A stretch of 56,294 nucleotides of DNA, filler included, from Basidiobolus ranarum (taxonomy: Eukaryota): the NCBI GenBank assembly GCA_040143965.1. It is 6 parts of 6 records of this genome, joined end to end, with 100 filler letters (N's around TTAATTAATTAA, not from the genome) between each part and the next. Parts side by side here need not be neighbours in the genome. Positions count along the whole stretch, not along the records: positions 1 to 9,322 come from JASJQH010007717.1; positions 9,423 to 18,737 come from JASJQH010007718.1; 4 more parts are not named here. One strand, written 5' to 3'. Positions 1 through 13,097 of this stretch are shown here, in pieces. The position numbers and the translations under genes were made by a program. The notes beneath the pieces were generated by a model. It was not told the DNA's origin and searched no databases. It saw nothing but the letters and a program-made list of their open reading frames with translations. Positions within the stretch are counted from its first letter, which is position 1, and each line of letters opens with the position of its first letter.

Positions 1-105
1 TTCATTCTTGGTGCAAAAGCTCATATTAATGGTCATGTATTTGTTCTTAATAAATGATACATTACAAGGTACTTAATCTTATGTGGCAGCCTTTTGGTAG
101 TGTTG

Positions 106-930
106 TTACCAAACATGGTCACTTAGTGGTACTCTGATGGTTGAAAACCAATTTTTAGTAACTGGGTTATGATTAATGTAACTAGACATTGTATCAGCAG
201 AATCTCTTTCAATTGAGATCAATATCCATCTGACATAGAGTCTGTTAACCTCAATATTAGTCTGACAAAATCTCTGACATGTGTAGCAATCACTTAAACA
301 TTTTAGCTCAGTGTCTGGGCTTTGCCTGTGAATATATAAAATGTAGACAAACACCATCAAGTAAGAAATTAGTAAAATTGATAAATGTAATCTGATTAGT
401 ATCTGGATAAACTAGGGAAGACCACAAAGTTTTCACTGTTGGAATATGAATAGATTGAGGGAAAATAGCAAAAATTATTATGTCTGTGATGCTTTTCATT
501 GAAGCATACACCTAACTTGGTGATAGTTTCAGTTACAACAGCTAAGGCAAGTCAACTTCTGATGATTTGAGTTTGTTCTGTTGACAAATATGGTTTTTTC
601 TCTTGGTCTTAACTCACAATTTATTTTCATTTTTTACACTAAAATTCTTTGAGTTGTCTTGCAGCTTATGCAACCTTGATATATGATTGCAGTAACTGGT
701 TTGGTATTATCCAATTCTCAAATATACATATTCATCCCAATGTGTCTGTTTTGTAAACATTATTGGGGAATGTATGTAAGTCATGGAAGTTTTATAAAAG
801 TGCATAGATTTACAAACCTTTGCATTCAAAATCAAATGCAATTTCATATCTTTTTGATGCTTAGAACATGAAGTTGGTGGTCTGTCCAAATTCTGCATAT
901 TTTGCATTCAAAGCCAACATTCAAAAACAA
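106..930 (-). mobile_element. Possible highly eroded Ty3/gypsy-type pol remnant (RNase H to integrase)
   Basis: Minus-strand fragments in gypsy order: WTDH-like (~880), CYTCQR Zn-binding-like followed by RWILISI (~230-290). Many stops; weak similarity only. Confidence 0.25.
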
Positions 931-1439
931 AGGCATATTGCTCTAAGTGATAGATATGTCAATTAGATCACTACTACAAGTTGTTGGTATTTCCTCAAAA
1001 CATCTACAAATCAACCAATGTTTTCATTCTTGCTTCATTGGCAAGTCAAGTTGTCTGATTTCATAGGTAACTACTAGTAGGAAATACTCAATAGATGGAA
1101 TAAGTAGCACTCAATTAAAAATTGTAAATCTAGCAAAAACACTTCCTAATCCTCTGAATACATTCATCAGGTGATTCATCTGAAATGAGAAGCCACAGGA
1201 ATGTCTACCATTACTATTTTCAGCATCTTGTTACTCACACAGATGTATAACAGTGCAGATATTCACCTTTAGAAATATAATGTACACTCTGTCTATATAT
1301 GCAAGACTCTCCACCAAGGTCCATAATTTTAGCCAAAAACATCCAAAGTTGTGGCAACATAGAGCAGCTTAGGTCTTGTGCAAGTTATTCAATACTCAAC
1401 ATTACCAGTATATCAGTATTGATAATGTATCAGAATTAT

Positions 1440-4400
1440 CCTGAGATCAGGTTTATCATTTACACAAGTTATCAGTTATCTAGATGTCAATTTAATAATA
1501 CTGTAGTTTCTAAATAACAAATCCATATCTTGTCTGCAACACTTTGAAATCCCCTATACACTTTATCAAGCTATGAGCCCTGCGCTAGTTTTCAAAGCAA
1601 TGTCTACAAGTACTATTACCAGCATTTTTGCATCCACAGAGAAGTGTGATGATGAAGACTTTCACCTTGGCAAGTTCAAGATGTAAATGGTGCTAGAATA
1701 CAAGATTCTTTGGTGATTTGTTACTGGAGAAGAGATAGGGCCAAAGGGACCACAAGAAGATATTGTAGCCTTTAACAAGAAGCAGAGGAAAGCACTCTCT
1801 ACATCGTGTCTACATCTCAGAGACTCTCAATTGAGGCACGTACACTCAGCCAAAGATGTCCAAGCTGCTTTGGAAATACTGGAGGGACAATATGAGACCA
1901 AAGGTCTGGCAAATAGGCTATATTTTGGGCAAACATTAGTTGCCATTCAGATGAATTCTGATAGTTCTATGCTTAGTCATATGAATTGCGTAAAAACTAT
2001 GGCCGATAAGCTGTCATCCGTTGGAGCATCCCTAAGTGAGTATTACTTAGTCATGGCACTACTTGGGAGCCTGCCAGACAAGTTTGGGAACCTCATAATT
2101 GCCCAAGAGTCAAGATCAGGGCCATTAACAATGTAGTATGTTGGTGCTAGGCTTTTGAATGAGGAATTTGAGCAGATCTAATTCTCAGCAAAATAAAGAA
2201 GATTGGGCATACTTTGGAGCTGTTAACTGACAGGCTTCAATAATGGTGCCTCTTGAAGGAAATCAGCAAGCAAGAAATCTACAAATTGCATATGAGTATG
2301 AAAACTTGGCCAAAACCAATGAAATAAGCTGTGAAACGTGGCATAAATTATTAGGCCACACTGTTTAACATAAACAAACCCAAATGATCAAAATCAGCTT
2401 GTTTCAGGCTTAGAAGTTGAAAATATCACTAAATTGGCTCCATGTGATGGTTGCATATATGGAAAACATCACATATATCCTTTTCAAGCTCTGGAGAGAT
2501 TGAATCCACTCATAATCTTGCTCTGAATCATTCTGACCTATGATGGTTTATGAAAAATGCTTCACTAGATGGGAAAAGGTACTTTATGATCTTAATTGAT
2601 GACAAGACAATTTATATTTCGATATTTTTTCTCAAATCATAATTAAAAACCTTAGAAATATGCAAGCCTTACCAAGCAAAGGTTGAGAAAGAATCACTAC
2701 AAATAATAAGAGTACTAAGGAGTGATAATGGTGGAGAATACTACTCTAAAGACTGTGCTAGTTTTTCATCCAAACATGCCATTAAGTAATAAACTACAGT
2801 GCCTAATACACCACAGCAAAATGAAGTTGCAGAAGATGCTAATAGGATCAGAGAGGAAATAGCAAGATGAATTTTACATGATAAAAAGTTAGAATACCAA
2901 TATTGGGCTGAAGCTGTCTCCATCACAGTCTATATCAAAAACAGAAGCCCAACAAGTTTGCTACAAAATTCTACTCCATTTGAAGCCCTACATGGATCAA
3001 AACCAAGTTTTGATCATCTCAGGATCTCAGGTTGCAAGGCTTATTGCCTAATTCAAGCTCAAAACTGCTTGAAACTGAAAGCCAAAAGCAGGACTTGCAT
3101 GTTTCTTGATGACTATCATGGATCTAAGGTGCAAAAACTACTTAGTACCAAAAATAATTGTGAACCAGAAGGCACAATCAGTATAGTTCAGGAAGTGTTA
3201 TACAATATACCAGCGGTATCTGAGCCCTATTCAACCTTATTTCAAGTCTCTATTAAATCAGAGGATGATTCAGGACCCAAAAATCATCCAGTAGGAGTGA
3301 TAAGCCAGGAAACTGGTGGAACCCTTCCAATGATGATGTATATGCTTATGCAGTATTTTATGGCAAGCCACAGACTCAAGACCAAGATCTGGAGTGTCCA
3401 GAGTTAAAATTATGGGAAAACGCAATGTCTGATGTGTTTTCCTCACTTCAGGACAATAACATATATCTTTATACTTCTTTACTATCATGAAGAAAGCCAA
3501 TAGGGAGCAAATGTCTCTGCAAAGTTAAAAACCAAGCTGATGGAACCATAGAAAGGCACAAAGAATGATTAGTTGCAAAAGATTATTTCCAGACTCCATG
3601 AGTCAATTTTATTTGAACTTCTGTTCCAGTAGCTAAGTTTAGTTACATTAGATCAATCCTGGCACTCTCAGCCTTTCACAAACTTGATTTACATCAAATG
3701 TATGTAAAAACAGCTTTTCTGAATGGAAAACTAGAAGAGGAGATCTATATGGAGTAACCCAATGGATTTGTTGACCCAAAACACCCTGATATGGTCTGTA
3801 AACTGCACAATTTGCTATATGCACTCAAGCAAGCACCCGGGACATGGTACAACAAGATAGATACATATTTGGAATCACTGGAATTCTGAAAATTCACACC
3901 AGATTATAGTATTTACGTTGAAACAACCTGAAATAGGATTGTTATCTTGGCACTATATGGGGATTACTTGATCATAGCCACAAATGATCTAGAAGCTCTT
4001 AATCAGACAAATACAGCTTATCAATCAAATTCAGATTATTAATATGCATAAATCAAGTTATTTAGTTGGAATCCAAATCAAGAGAGATAAACCCAATGAA
4101 AAAAACTTTCTGAATTAGTCAAGACCCATCCTAGACATCCTAAAGCACTTCAACATGGAGAATAGCTAGCCTGTATCAATATCAATGGATTCTAATGTGA
4201 AATTAATCATAATTACATCCTGTTTGCCTAATATGACTCAATTCTAAGCCAGGATGTCCCTTATCAATCCATGGTGGGGAGTTTCAAGCATTCAATGGTT
4301 GGAATATGTCCGGACATTGCTGTGGCAGCTGGAAGAGTCAGCCAATACCTCAAAAATTCAGGATCTGAACATAGACCTGCAGTAAAACAAAAATTCAGGT

Positions 4401-5000
4401 ATTTGAGAGGAACTGTAGATCTACTCCTGAATTACTCTGCCACTCCTGATGAGCAAATTTCTGAAGGCTATAGTGATGCAGAGTGTGGAAGAAACCTTGA
4501 TGATAGAAGATCAACAACTGGGTACTCTTTTCTCTATGGTAATAGGGCCATAACTTGGATTAGTAAGTAGCAAGCAATCACATCACTTTCCACTACAGAA
4601 GCAGAGTTTATGATGGCCTCTGCTACTGCACAAGAAGCCGTGTGATTGAGAGAGTTATTTACAGACTCAGGATATATGCCAAAACATGCTCTTACAGTGT
4701 TTGAAGATAATCAAAGTTTTGTTTCAATAGCTAAAACCCTACATTTCATGCTAAAACAAAACAGGCTTAAGAGAAATACAAAGTAATCAGTTGAGTGGGA
4801 ATGTTGAAATTAGGTAAACAGCAGCCCATTACTTATTAGTGAGCTTACTCATACTATGATAATAAAGCATCCAATTCTGCCATTCAAAAACATGTGTTTA
4901 CTGCTCTAAGTGCTTGAAACATCAATTAGTTCACTTTTTCCACTTTTTACTATTTTCTCAAATATTCTCCATATCACCTCAAATCAGCAAAAGTTTACAA
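1440..5000 (+). mobile_element. Degenerate Ty1/copia LTR retrotransposon, copy 1
   Basis: Gag from 1600 (EKCDDEDFHLGKFKM; LLGSLP), pre-integrase WH..LGH (~2340), integrase (LRSDNGGEY ~2716, PNTPQQN, YWAEAV), RT (MYVKTAFLNG ~3700, [12 protein letters not shown] decayed to YGDY ~3957), RNase H (GYSDA..DDRRSTTGY, LSTTEAE), PPT TTGAGTGGGA at 4791 then TGTTG at 4802. Many stops and frameshifts; protease region deleted. Boundaries approximate. Confidence 0.93.
1569..1585 (+). other. Primer-binding site of copia copy 1 (internal half-tRNA-iMet type)
   Basis: Follows ...ATCA (putative LTR end at 1568). AGCTATGAGCCCTGCGC matches GGTTATGAGCCCTGCGC, the complement of the initiator tRNA-Met anticodon arm, with 2 mismatches. 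Gag ATG at 1600. Confidence 0.75.
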
Positions 5001-7650
5001 ACCACTTGGGAAATACTTGCTGGACTGTATCAGACTCAAACTCTGGCTAATTTGGTAATTTGGTAATATCTCAGACAAAATGTTTTTGCAATTCAGATGA
5101 ATTCTGATGAATCTGTTGCTGATCATACATATTGAATAAAAAATCTGGCAGAGCAGCTCTCATCCATTTGAGCATTTCTAAATGAAGAAGACTTAGTCAT
5201 GACACTACTTGGGAGCCAGCCACTCTAACTTGGAAACCTTATATTTGCCCTAGAATAAAGATCAGTGCCATTAACAATGGATCGTATTTTAGCCTGGCTT
5301 TTCAATGTGGTGTTAACAAAATTGGATTATGAGCAAAATAATGCAGGTCAGGCATTGTTGGAGTTATGAAATATTCAACAGTATTCAATCATGGTGCCCC
5401 TAATAGAAAACCAATCACTTGTAAGTGTTGCAAGAAACCAGGCCATTTAACCAAAGATGGCAGAAAAAAAACTTTTACCACAAAGCTTAGATTGGAACAA
5501 CAATACCTAGTAAGCACTAATGGTGATTAACTATTTAAGTCTGTCCTATAAGTAACCATCAGAGAAGATTCAGAAACATGGTGCATTGATTGAGGAACTT
5601 CCCAGCATATGTCAGACAAGCCTGACTGGTTTTTTGCCTTAAAGCTCTACTTGAGAGATGACAATGCACTAGATGCAGTAGGCTATGGCACAGTTGCGCT
5701 CAAATTAGACCAAAATTCAGCTACACCATCTGCAAAATTGGATAATGTACTTGATATACCAAATATAGTCAAGAACTACCCTCAGTTAGCCAAGCAACAG
5801 TTCAGGGACTAACTTGGCATTCAGCATGGCTGATTGCACTATGACTAACCAGAATCATGGCTAATTAGCTACTGCAATCAAAACTTCATACTTGTACAGG
5901 CTAGAAATCAACATATTACACACTGAATGTTCAAACTTAGGCAAAACTAGCTCAAAAAAGCTCTGAATTGAAACCCAAAAGCAGTATATGTATATTTCTT
6001 GGCAGCTGTAGTGAAACTAAGGCCTACAGACTATATGACACTAGACATGTCAAGTAGATTTAGTGCAGAGAAGTGATTTTTGAAGGAAAAGCAAAATTTT
6101 CACCTCAAATTGTGGTTTTTCATCCAGAAAGACATTTGGGGCTATTTTAGCATAATTCCAGCTCTATCTGAGCCAAATTCAGTCAAAATCCCAGCCTCAA
6201 TCACATCAGAGGATGATTCAGGCCCTGGAAGATCATCCAGAAGTAAAATAAGCCTGGGTGATAGTTAAACACTTCTAATGATGCTGTCTATGCTTATACA
6301 GCATTCTGTGATGAACCATAGACTAGCAATCAGGCTATGTATTGTTCAGAATCAAAATTAAGGGAAAAAGCAATGTCTGATGAGTTTTCTTCACCTCAAG
6401 ATAACAAAGCATGGGCTTTAAGTCCACCACCATTAGGAAGAAAGCCAATAGATTATCACTCCAAATTGGTTGATAGATATGGGTTGATTAAGTTAGTTTC
6501 ATGAAATTCTAATCAAAAGATATAAACCCAGTCAGAAAGTCTTGCTAGACTAGTCTAGATACATCCTAGGCATCCAGAAATGCTTTAACATGGAGAAACC
6601 AAGCCTGCATGAACTCCACTTGATCCCAATGTGAATGTAGTAGAATTTCATCCAATTTGGCTCAGAATGCCTCAAAACATAGCCAGCAACTCCATCATTA
6701 GTGTATCATGAGTTGGTTAATGCATATGCTGGCTGGAACATGTCCAGACATTGCTGTGGCAGTGGGAACTGTCAGTCAATACCTCAAAACTCCAGGATCT
6801 GAGCACTAAGCTGCAGTAAAACAAAATGATGCACAAAATGTGGAAGGTTACAGTATAGCTGATTGGTGAAGAAACCTTGATGATAGAAGATCAGCAACTG
6901 GATACACATTTTTCTACAATCATGGTACTATGACTTGGAATAGTAAGAAGCAACCCACTGTAGCACTTTCCTCTTCAGAAGCTGGGTATATGGCTGTTTT
7001 GGGTACTACTTAAGAAGCTATGTGGTCAAGGAAGTTAATTATAGACTTGGGATACATGCAAAAATGTGCTTTTACAGTATTTCAAGATGATCAAAATTGT
7101 ATTACATCAGCAAAAAAACCTACATTTTGTGTTAGAGTAAAACACAGCAATATTAAGCATCATTTTATTATAGGAGCAATATAGATTCATATAATTCAAT
7201 TTGCCTATTGCCTCACTGCGGAAATTGTTACTGATATATTAATCAAACCTTTAGCCAAAATATATTTGGATTTAATCAGCTTTAAGTTAGGTTTAAGATA
7301 AATTAAAAATAATCAGTTTAGTGAAACATTTAAATCAGGAAGCTAGCAACTCAATATTTGGCAGTTAGTTTATTCTTATAGTGATTATTATCACTCAATT
7401 CTGCCATTCAAAATCATGTGTCTAAAGCTCTAATTAAAGTAATATCAATTAGAACAATTTTACCACTTTTCACTATTCTCTTAAATTTTCTCTAAATCAC
7501 TGCAATTTTTCACCCACACTTTACAGGCTTGTTTGTTATTATCTAGGAACATGCTATAGTTGTATTTCATAGTAAACTATAAATGAGACAAATTCAATTT
7601 GATAAAACTGAAGTGTGTGATTCTCAAATCCCAATTGTGTCCAAATCACT
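5000..7650 (+). mobile_element. Degenerate Ty1/copia copy 2 (internally deleted)
   Basis: Gag paralogous to copy 1, Zn knuckle CKCCKKPGH (~5420), protease WCID*GTSQHM (~5579), RNase H (DDRRSATGY, KH..IKHHF), and a 3' LTR-like block from ~7310 similar to 4790-4985. Integrase core and most of RT missing. Confidence 0.88.
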
Positions 7651-7799
7651 ACCATATCCCCCAACTATTGTTATTACAGGTACATTGCATCTCTACTTCC
7701 CCAAAAGGCAGAAAACTAATTAGAGCCTACTCGACTGACAACCCTTCCTATGGCAATTGGAATAGCAGATCCAGATAAAAGTTTTTAGGGAAATTGGAA

Positions 7800-9322
7800 G
7801 TGTATTTGACAAGATTTGCATTTGCATATTAGACACGTATGTGTTATTTAAATAAAAGCATCTTATTTATAGTTTGCTATAAAATACAACTAATGAGTGT
7901 GCTTAGATCATAACAAACATGCCTGTTAAGTATGGGAGAAAATTTGAGGTTATTTGGAAAAGACTTCAGAATATAGTGAAAATTGGTACAAGTAACTTAA
8001 TTGCTATTTCAATCATTGGTACAATAAAAACAAGTTTTTGAATAGCAAAAATGAGTGCTGAATAATCAAAATATACCAACTACTAAATATTGAGTTGCCA
8101 TTCACCCAATTTTTATGTTCCCAATCAACTAGTTACTTTGTATTTCTCTCAAATACAACTTATGTTTTAACATTCAAAATCTGTTTTAGCTCAAGATATG
8201 GTTAAGCTATCAGCAGTTATTACTTCATCAGGATAAAATGCAAGTTTGATCATATCATATGCAGTTTCTTCTCTAACAAAATAGTACCTAATGTTTTGTT
8301 CTAGCATAAAATGTTGTGTTTTTATCCAAATAAATACAACTTTGTTTATCATAAGATACAGTAATATATTATTTTACATATAACCCAAGTCTTTGGATAA
8401 CTTCCTTGACCACATAGCCTCTTGTGTAGTAGCAGAGGCAGCCATATACTCTGCTTTTGTAGTGGAAAGTGCTATGATTGGTTGCTTCTTACTATTCCAA
8501 GTTCTTACTCCATTACTGACGAGAAAAGTATACCCAGTTGTTGAACTTCTGTCATCAAGGTTTCTTCCCCAGTCTGTGTCACTGTAGCCTTCAAAGTTTT
8601 GCACAACCAGAGTGACAGAGTATTCCAGGAGTGGAGCAACAGCTCTTCTCACATTCCAGAATATTTATTTTACTCCAGTTTTGTCCTCAGATCCAGGATT
8701 TTTCAGATATTAGTTGGTGGTTCCCACCACTACAGCAATGTTTAGATATGTTCCAACTATTGCTTACATCAAACTACCCACCATGGATGGACAAGGGAGC
8801 CCATGGTGTTGATTTGAGTTATTTAGGCCAGATTGGACAGTAATTTGAATCATTTCAAATTGGTATCCATTGTTGATGATACAGGCCAACTATTCTCCAT
8901 GGCAAAGCCTTTTATAATTTACAGTATGTATTTAGACTGATTCAGCATGATTTTTGATTAAGTATATCTCTATATATTTGGAATCCAAAAGAATATCTTA
9001 ATTTACCCAAATCAGTCATGTGAAATCAATTTGCTAACTTTTTTTTCCAATTAAGTGCTTCTAGATTGTTTGGGGCTATGATCAAGTCATGCACATATAG
9101 CACCAAGATAACAATACTATTCCAGGCTTTTTGATGCACATACTGTCATCTCCTGAGCATTTTTGGTGTTCTAGTCAATATAAGTTGGTTCCTTTCATGT
9201 AGTACCATTGCCTGAGTGCTTGCATGAGTGCATGCAGCAATTTTGCAGTTCACAGACCATGTCAGGGTGTTTTTGGTCAACAAATCCATCCGGTTACTCC
9301 ATATAGATCTCTTCTTCTAGAT
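7800..9322 (-). mobile_element. Degenerate Ty1/copia copy 3 (RT, RNase H, 3' LTR; cut by contig end)
   Basis: ORF 8374-8652 has EGYSDTDWGRNLDDRSSTTGY and ALSTTKAEYMA; LYVHD (YVDD) near 9090; LEEEIYME near 9300. The reverse complement of 7850-8130 resembles the LTR blocks of copies 1 and 2. Confidence 0.9.
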
Positions 9323-9422
9323 NNNNNNNNNNNNNNNNNNNNNNNNNNNNNNNNNNNNNNNNNNNNTTAATTAATTAANNNNNNNNNNNNNNNNNNNNNN
9401 NNNNNNNNNNNNNNNNNNNNNN
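9323..9422. other. Artificial contig spacer
   Basis: N44-TTAATTAATTAA-N44 (six-frame stop linker). Confidence 0.99.
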
Positions 9423-10165
9423 GTGGGATGCAGTCAGGACTAGAATGCTCGAGGGCTAGACAGCTACTCACAAGACATAGCATCAAGCTATATATCCACC
9501 AGGTTGATATCATGTGTTAAACGAACCAATTTTAGTTCAAGCAATTGTTGAAGTAGAAAATTACAGCTACTTGATCACCTTTAGAAGAGAAGAAAGTCAA
9601 AACAAGAATGTGGGAAGCTAAACCAAACTTCTCTATTAAATGAAATGGTTTACTTTATATCTCTATATTTTGACCTAGAAACAATGAAGGCTAATTTTTA
9701 ACTAATTGACGTATCGATGATGATCGTTTTAGCTTGAAGAAGTGAGAGCCCACGACTGCTCAAATTTGTATTTCGGATGGATCACCTGATGAAATGGTGC
9801 ATGAAAATCAAACTATGCTGGGAAAGTTCTATCGCAAATGAAGGTAAAATTTTATCGGAAATCTTCCGCAACGATGTGGATATACTCAAATAACATATAT
9901 TGATGCTTTTGCCAAATATAAATGACAAATGGCAGTTACACCGAAACCAGAAACCAGAAAATAAACAAAAAATGGGAACTATTATGAGATTAAATTGTTT
10001 CCTAACGAACGAGGGAATCAAGGCAAATTTGACAAACCCAAAAAGATTTAGAGACCAAAAAATTACAGTGCTAGAAAGGAGATAATCGAAATGCATGCAT
10101 CCATAGACAAAGGAGTGAAGGGCTAGACATGTTCAACAGAGGTTTAGAAACCAATATTGTCTTTT

Positions 10166-13097
10166 TTACACTAGTTCGAGAACTTTAATGGTTCCTTGAC
10201 TATTGGCGGCCAACATCACATTGGAGTTCTTTTTCCAGCACACAGAACTTACAAATTGACTTGGGTCCTCATCGGTAGATGGCTCGCCGGTCACTGGATT
10301 GGCAGTCTTGAACTTAACCGTGACCACTGGTTGTTTTAGGTTTTTGAAATATGTATATACTGAGTTGTTCTCACTTCCACACGAAATCCAGTCTCCATTG
10401 ACTGCCAATCCGACAAAGTTCTTCTCATTCACATGTCCTGAGAATGTTCGCGTGCAGGCCTGAGCACCAGTGTTCCAAAGTTTGAGTGTGCTATCGGTAG
10501 AGCTATCAAGGAAAAGTTAGATCAAGCATGGTATCGAGGAGTATCAGGCATTCACTTACGCAGATACGACCTCGTTCATTCCCATGAATTTGACATACGA
10601 TACAGCCTTTCGATGGCCCTTGAATACCATCAAGGGTTCACGACGGTTCCTTATATCGTAGTAATGGATGTGATGGTCTATACGCACCAAATGGAAGTCA
10701 GTATCGGAGTTACAAAAACCACTTTACAAGATTATCATACCAGCACTGCCAAAAGCAACATGATAGCTAGACTCCGGATTGAATTTAACACAGCAGATAT
10801 TTGCCTTGGACTCTATAGTCATCACTGATTTTTTCTGATTTGTAGACCAGATTTTTACTATTCACGAGTTAGAGTTTGATGGTTGCAGTAATATATTGAG
10901 GAAATCATGGTTTCGCCTACCTTTAGTATCGTCGCTACCACTGGCAAGTCGGGTTGGATCTGTTTTTGAAAAGTCAACACTCCAGGCTCGTTTTTCGTGC
11001 TCATCGAAAATTCGAGTTTGGGTCCCGGTATTCACATCCCAGAGCATAACTATTCCTTCGTAATCTGAGCTGACAATTTGTGATTTGATGTACGGATTCC
11101 AAGAGAGACAGCTATAGTTTACTTACACTTTAGCCAATGGGATATTGATCGATTACGTAAAGAGGATCACAAACCTAATCTTGCTTCGACACACCATCTC
11201 GCGAATAGGATAATGCATTACTGTATTGGCACCGTCGTCCCTCCCCCAATCGATTGTGTCTGTTGTGCGGCCAGCCACACCAGAAGCCAAATTTCCGAAT
11301 TCAAAGATCTTGATCTTCTTGGTAACACCAGCAGTAGCAAAGTATTCATCGTCACGATCAAATTCGATGCTGGAAACGATTGAAGAGGTGTTGAAAATAT
11401 CTCCATATCGAAGTGTCGCTAATTCACGGAAACTAGAGTACCGAGTGAATTTACTTAGAGTGGAAGTAAATTGGGTCAGTGACTGTGGGGAGCCATTGTC
11501 TGAGAGATAGGTCGATTAGTATACTACGTTATATGCATATGTGGCTAAGAATCCTATACCATCGAAGCGGTGACCAAAATAACACTCTTGTAAATCATCA
11601 AAATGCTCTGATACCCGTTTCTTCTGGAGTGCAGGGAACTTAGCCATCGGAGATTTCCCATCCTGAACGTTCGACATGCTACAATTGATGGAGGATGTGT
11701 TAGATTAAGGAGGCAGATTCTCGAGTTCTCATAAAGTCAAGTACCTTTCAATCAGTTCGGATACCGCAGAAGCAGAGAGCGTTTCCACATTCTGAGGAGC
11801 ATGATTAATATTAACGCTGTGAATAAAAAGAACCTCCGAACAATCATACCTTATAACTTCTCTTCTTTGGCTCTAGAGTCGATTCCTTATCCTCGGTTTT
11901 GATGATAGGAACCTGAGCCCCTTCGTTTGCATCAGTCTGTATTTCTTGTAGGCTTACTAAACTTGATATTTCATTTCGAGCAAAGCCAATATCATCATTG
12001 ATAAACTGTAGTTCTTTTTGGAGACGAGACAATGACTAACAATAAATGAGTGTTAGCGTCGTGCGTTTTCTCCACGTAATCTTTGAATCTCTCTACCTCT
12101 TCCTTACGGGATTTAGCCTTTTGCAGGAAATCAAGTAGAATTTCATATTCGACTCTCTTCTTCTGTGATTCTAGTTGACACTTTTTATCGAGGAGCGTCG
12201 TCATCAGCTGATTTAAATCTGTGGGGAATAGTTCAGAAATCTACGATTACTTGGCATTATCATAAACAGTAGAGAAACGAACCATCTACCCCCCATTCAT
12301 CATCATTCATGATTGAGTGCTTGAGGTGATCCAGGGGAGAATTGGCACTTTGCGTAGCAGTTCCAGCAGTTTTTTCCAGAAATCGATTGACTAAACATAT
12401 TAGGAGGTTAAACTCGTGTCTTTGGTAAGATTATTATTACTAAATAACGAGTACGTAGGAAATTTGGATAAATCTGGTCCCTATTTAAAGAATGTTTGCA
12501 TGTAGGACAGTCTTGTTTATGCTCCAAATGCTCTACTATGCAGAGGTAGCTGTCGGTTGAAACTTTTAATAATTATTCAGAATTGGTTGACATAAGTAAA
12601 ATATAGTTACCAAAAAGAGTGACCACAGCGAGTCATAAAAGCTTCTTTGATGACCTGCAGACATATAGGACTGTTGATCAATTTGTTATTAGTAATCCCC
12701 ATTTTTTATGTCTAATCTATTAGTAACTTTACCATAGAAAATCGTTATCTTTGGCTATTTTGTCAATTTCATATTTTGCCATCTTTGCTGCAATGTTATA
12801 AGCAGATTCACTAGGAGGAGCGTTAGAAATATCTTTGCTAATTGTACCAAGGGAGGGGTCAGGTGTTTGTTTTGAAGAGCTTTCTGGCTTGGGGCCTAAG
12901 CGAGATCTCTTATTAGGTCTGTCAAATCCATTTAAAGGCATGAAATTCATGGAAGTGGATAGAGGTTGTGGTTCACTCCAGTGTTGTACTCTGGGTGTAG
13001 GTTGTGGTCTTGAAGAACTTCCGGAAGCTCTAGAGCCAGAGGAAGAACCGCTTTGGCTATTTTCACTTTGTTTTGGAGAATTGGGCACAGAGGACAT
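10166..13097 (-). CDS. COP1: E3 ubiquitin ligase COP1/RFWD2 (RING, coiled coil, WD40), ~13 exons
   Basis: Manually spliced at GT-AG introns: [48 protein letters not shown]; coiled coil [18 protein letters not shown]40 [45 protein letters not shown], and C-terminal [14 protein letters not shown] matching the animal COP1 end. Confidence 0.96.
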
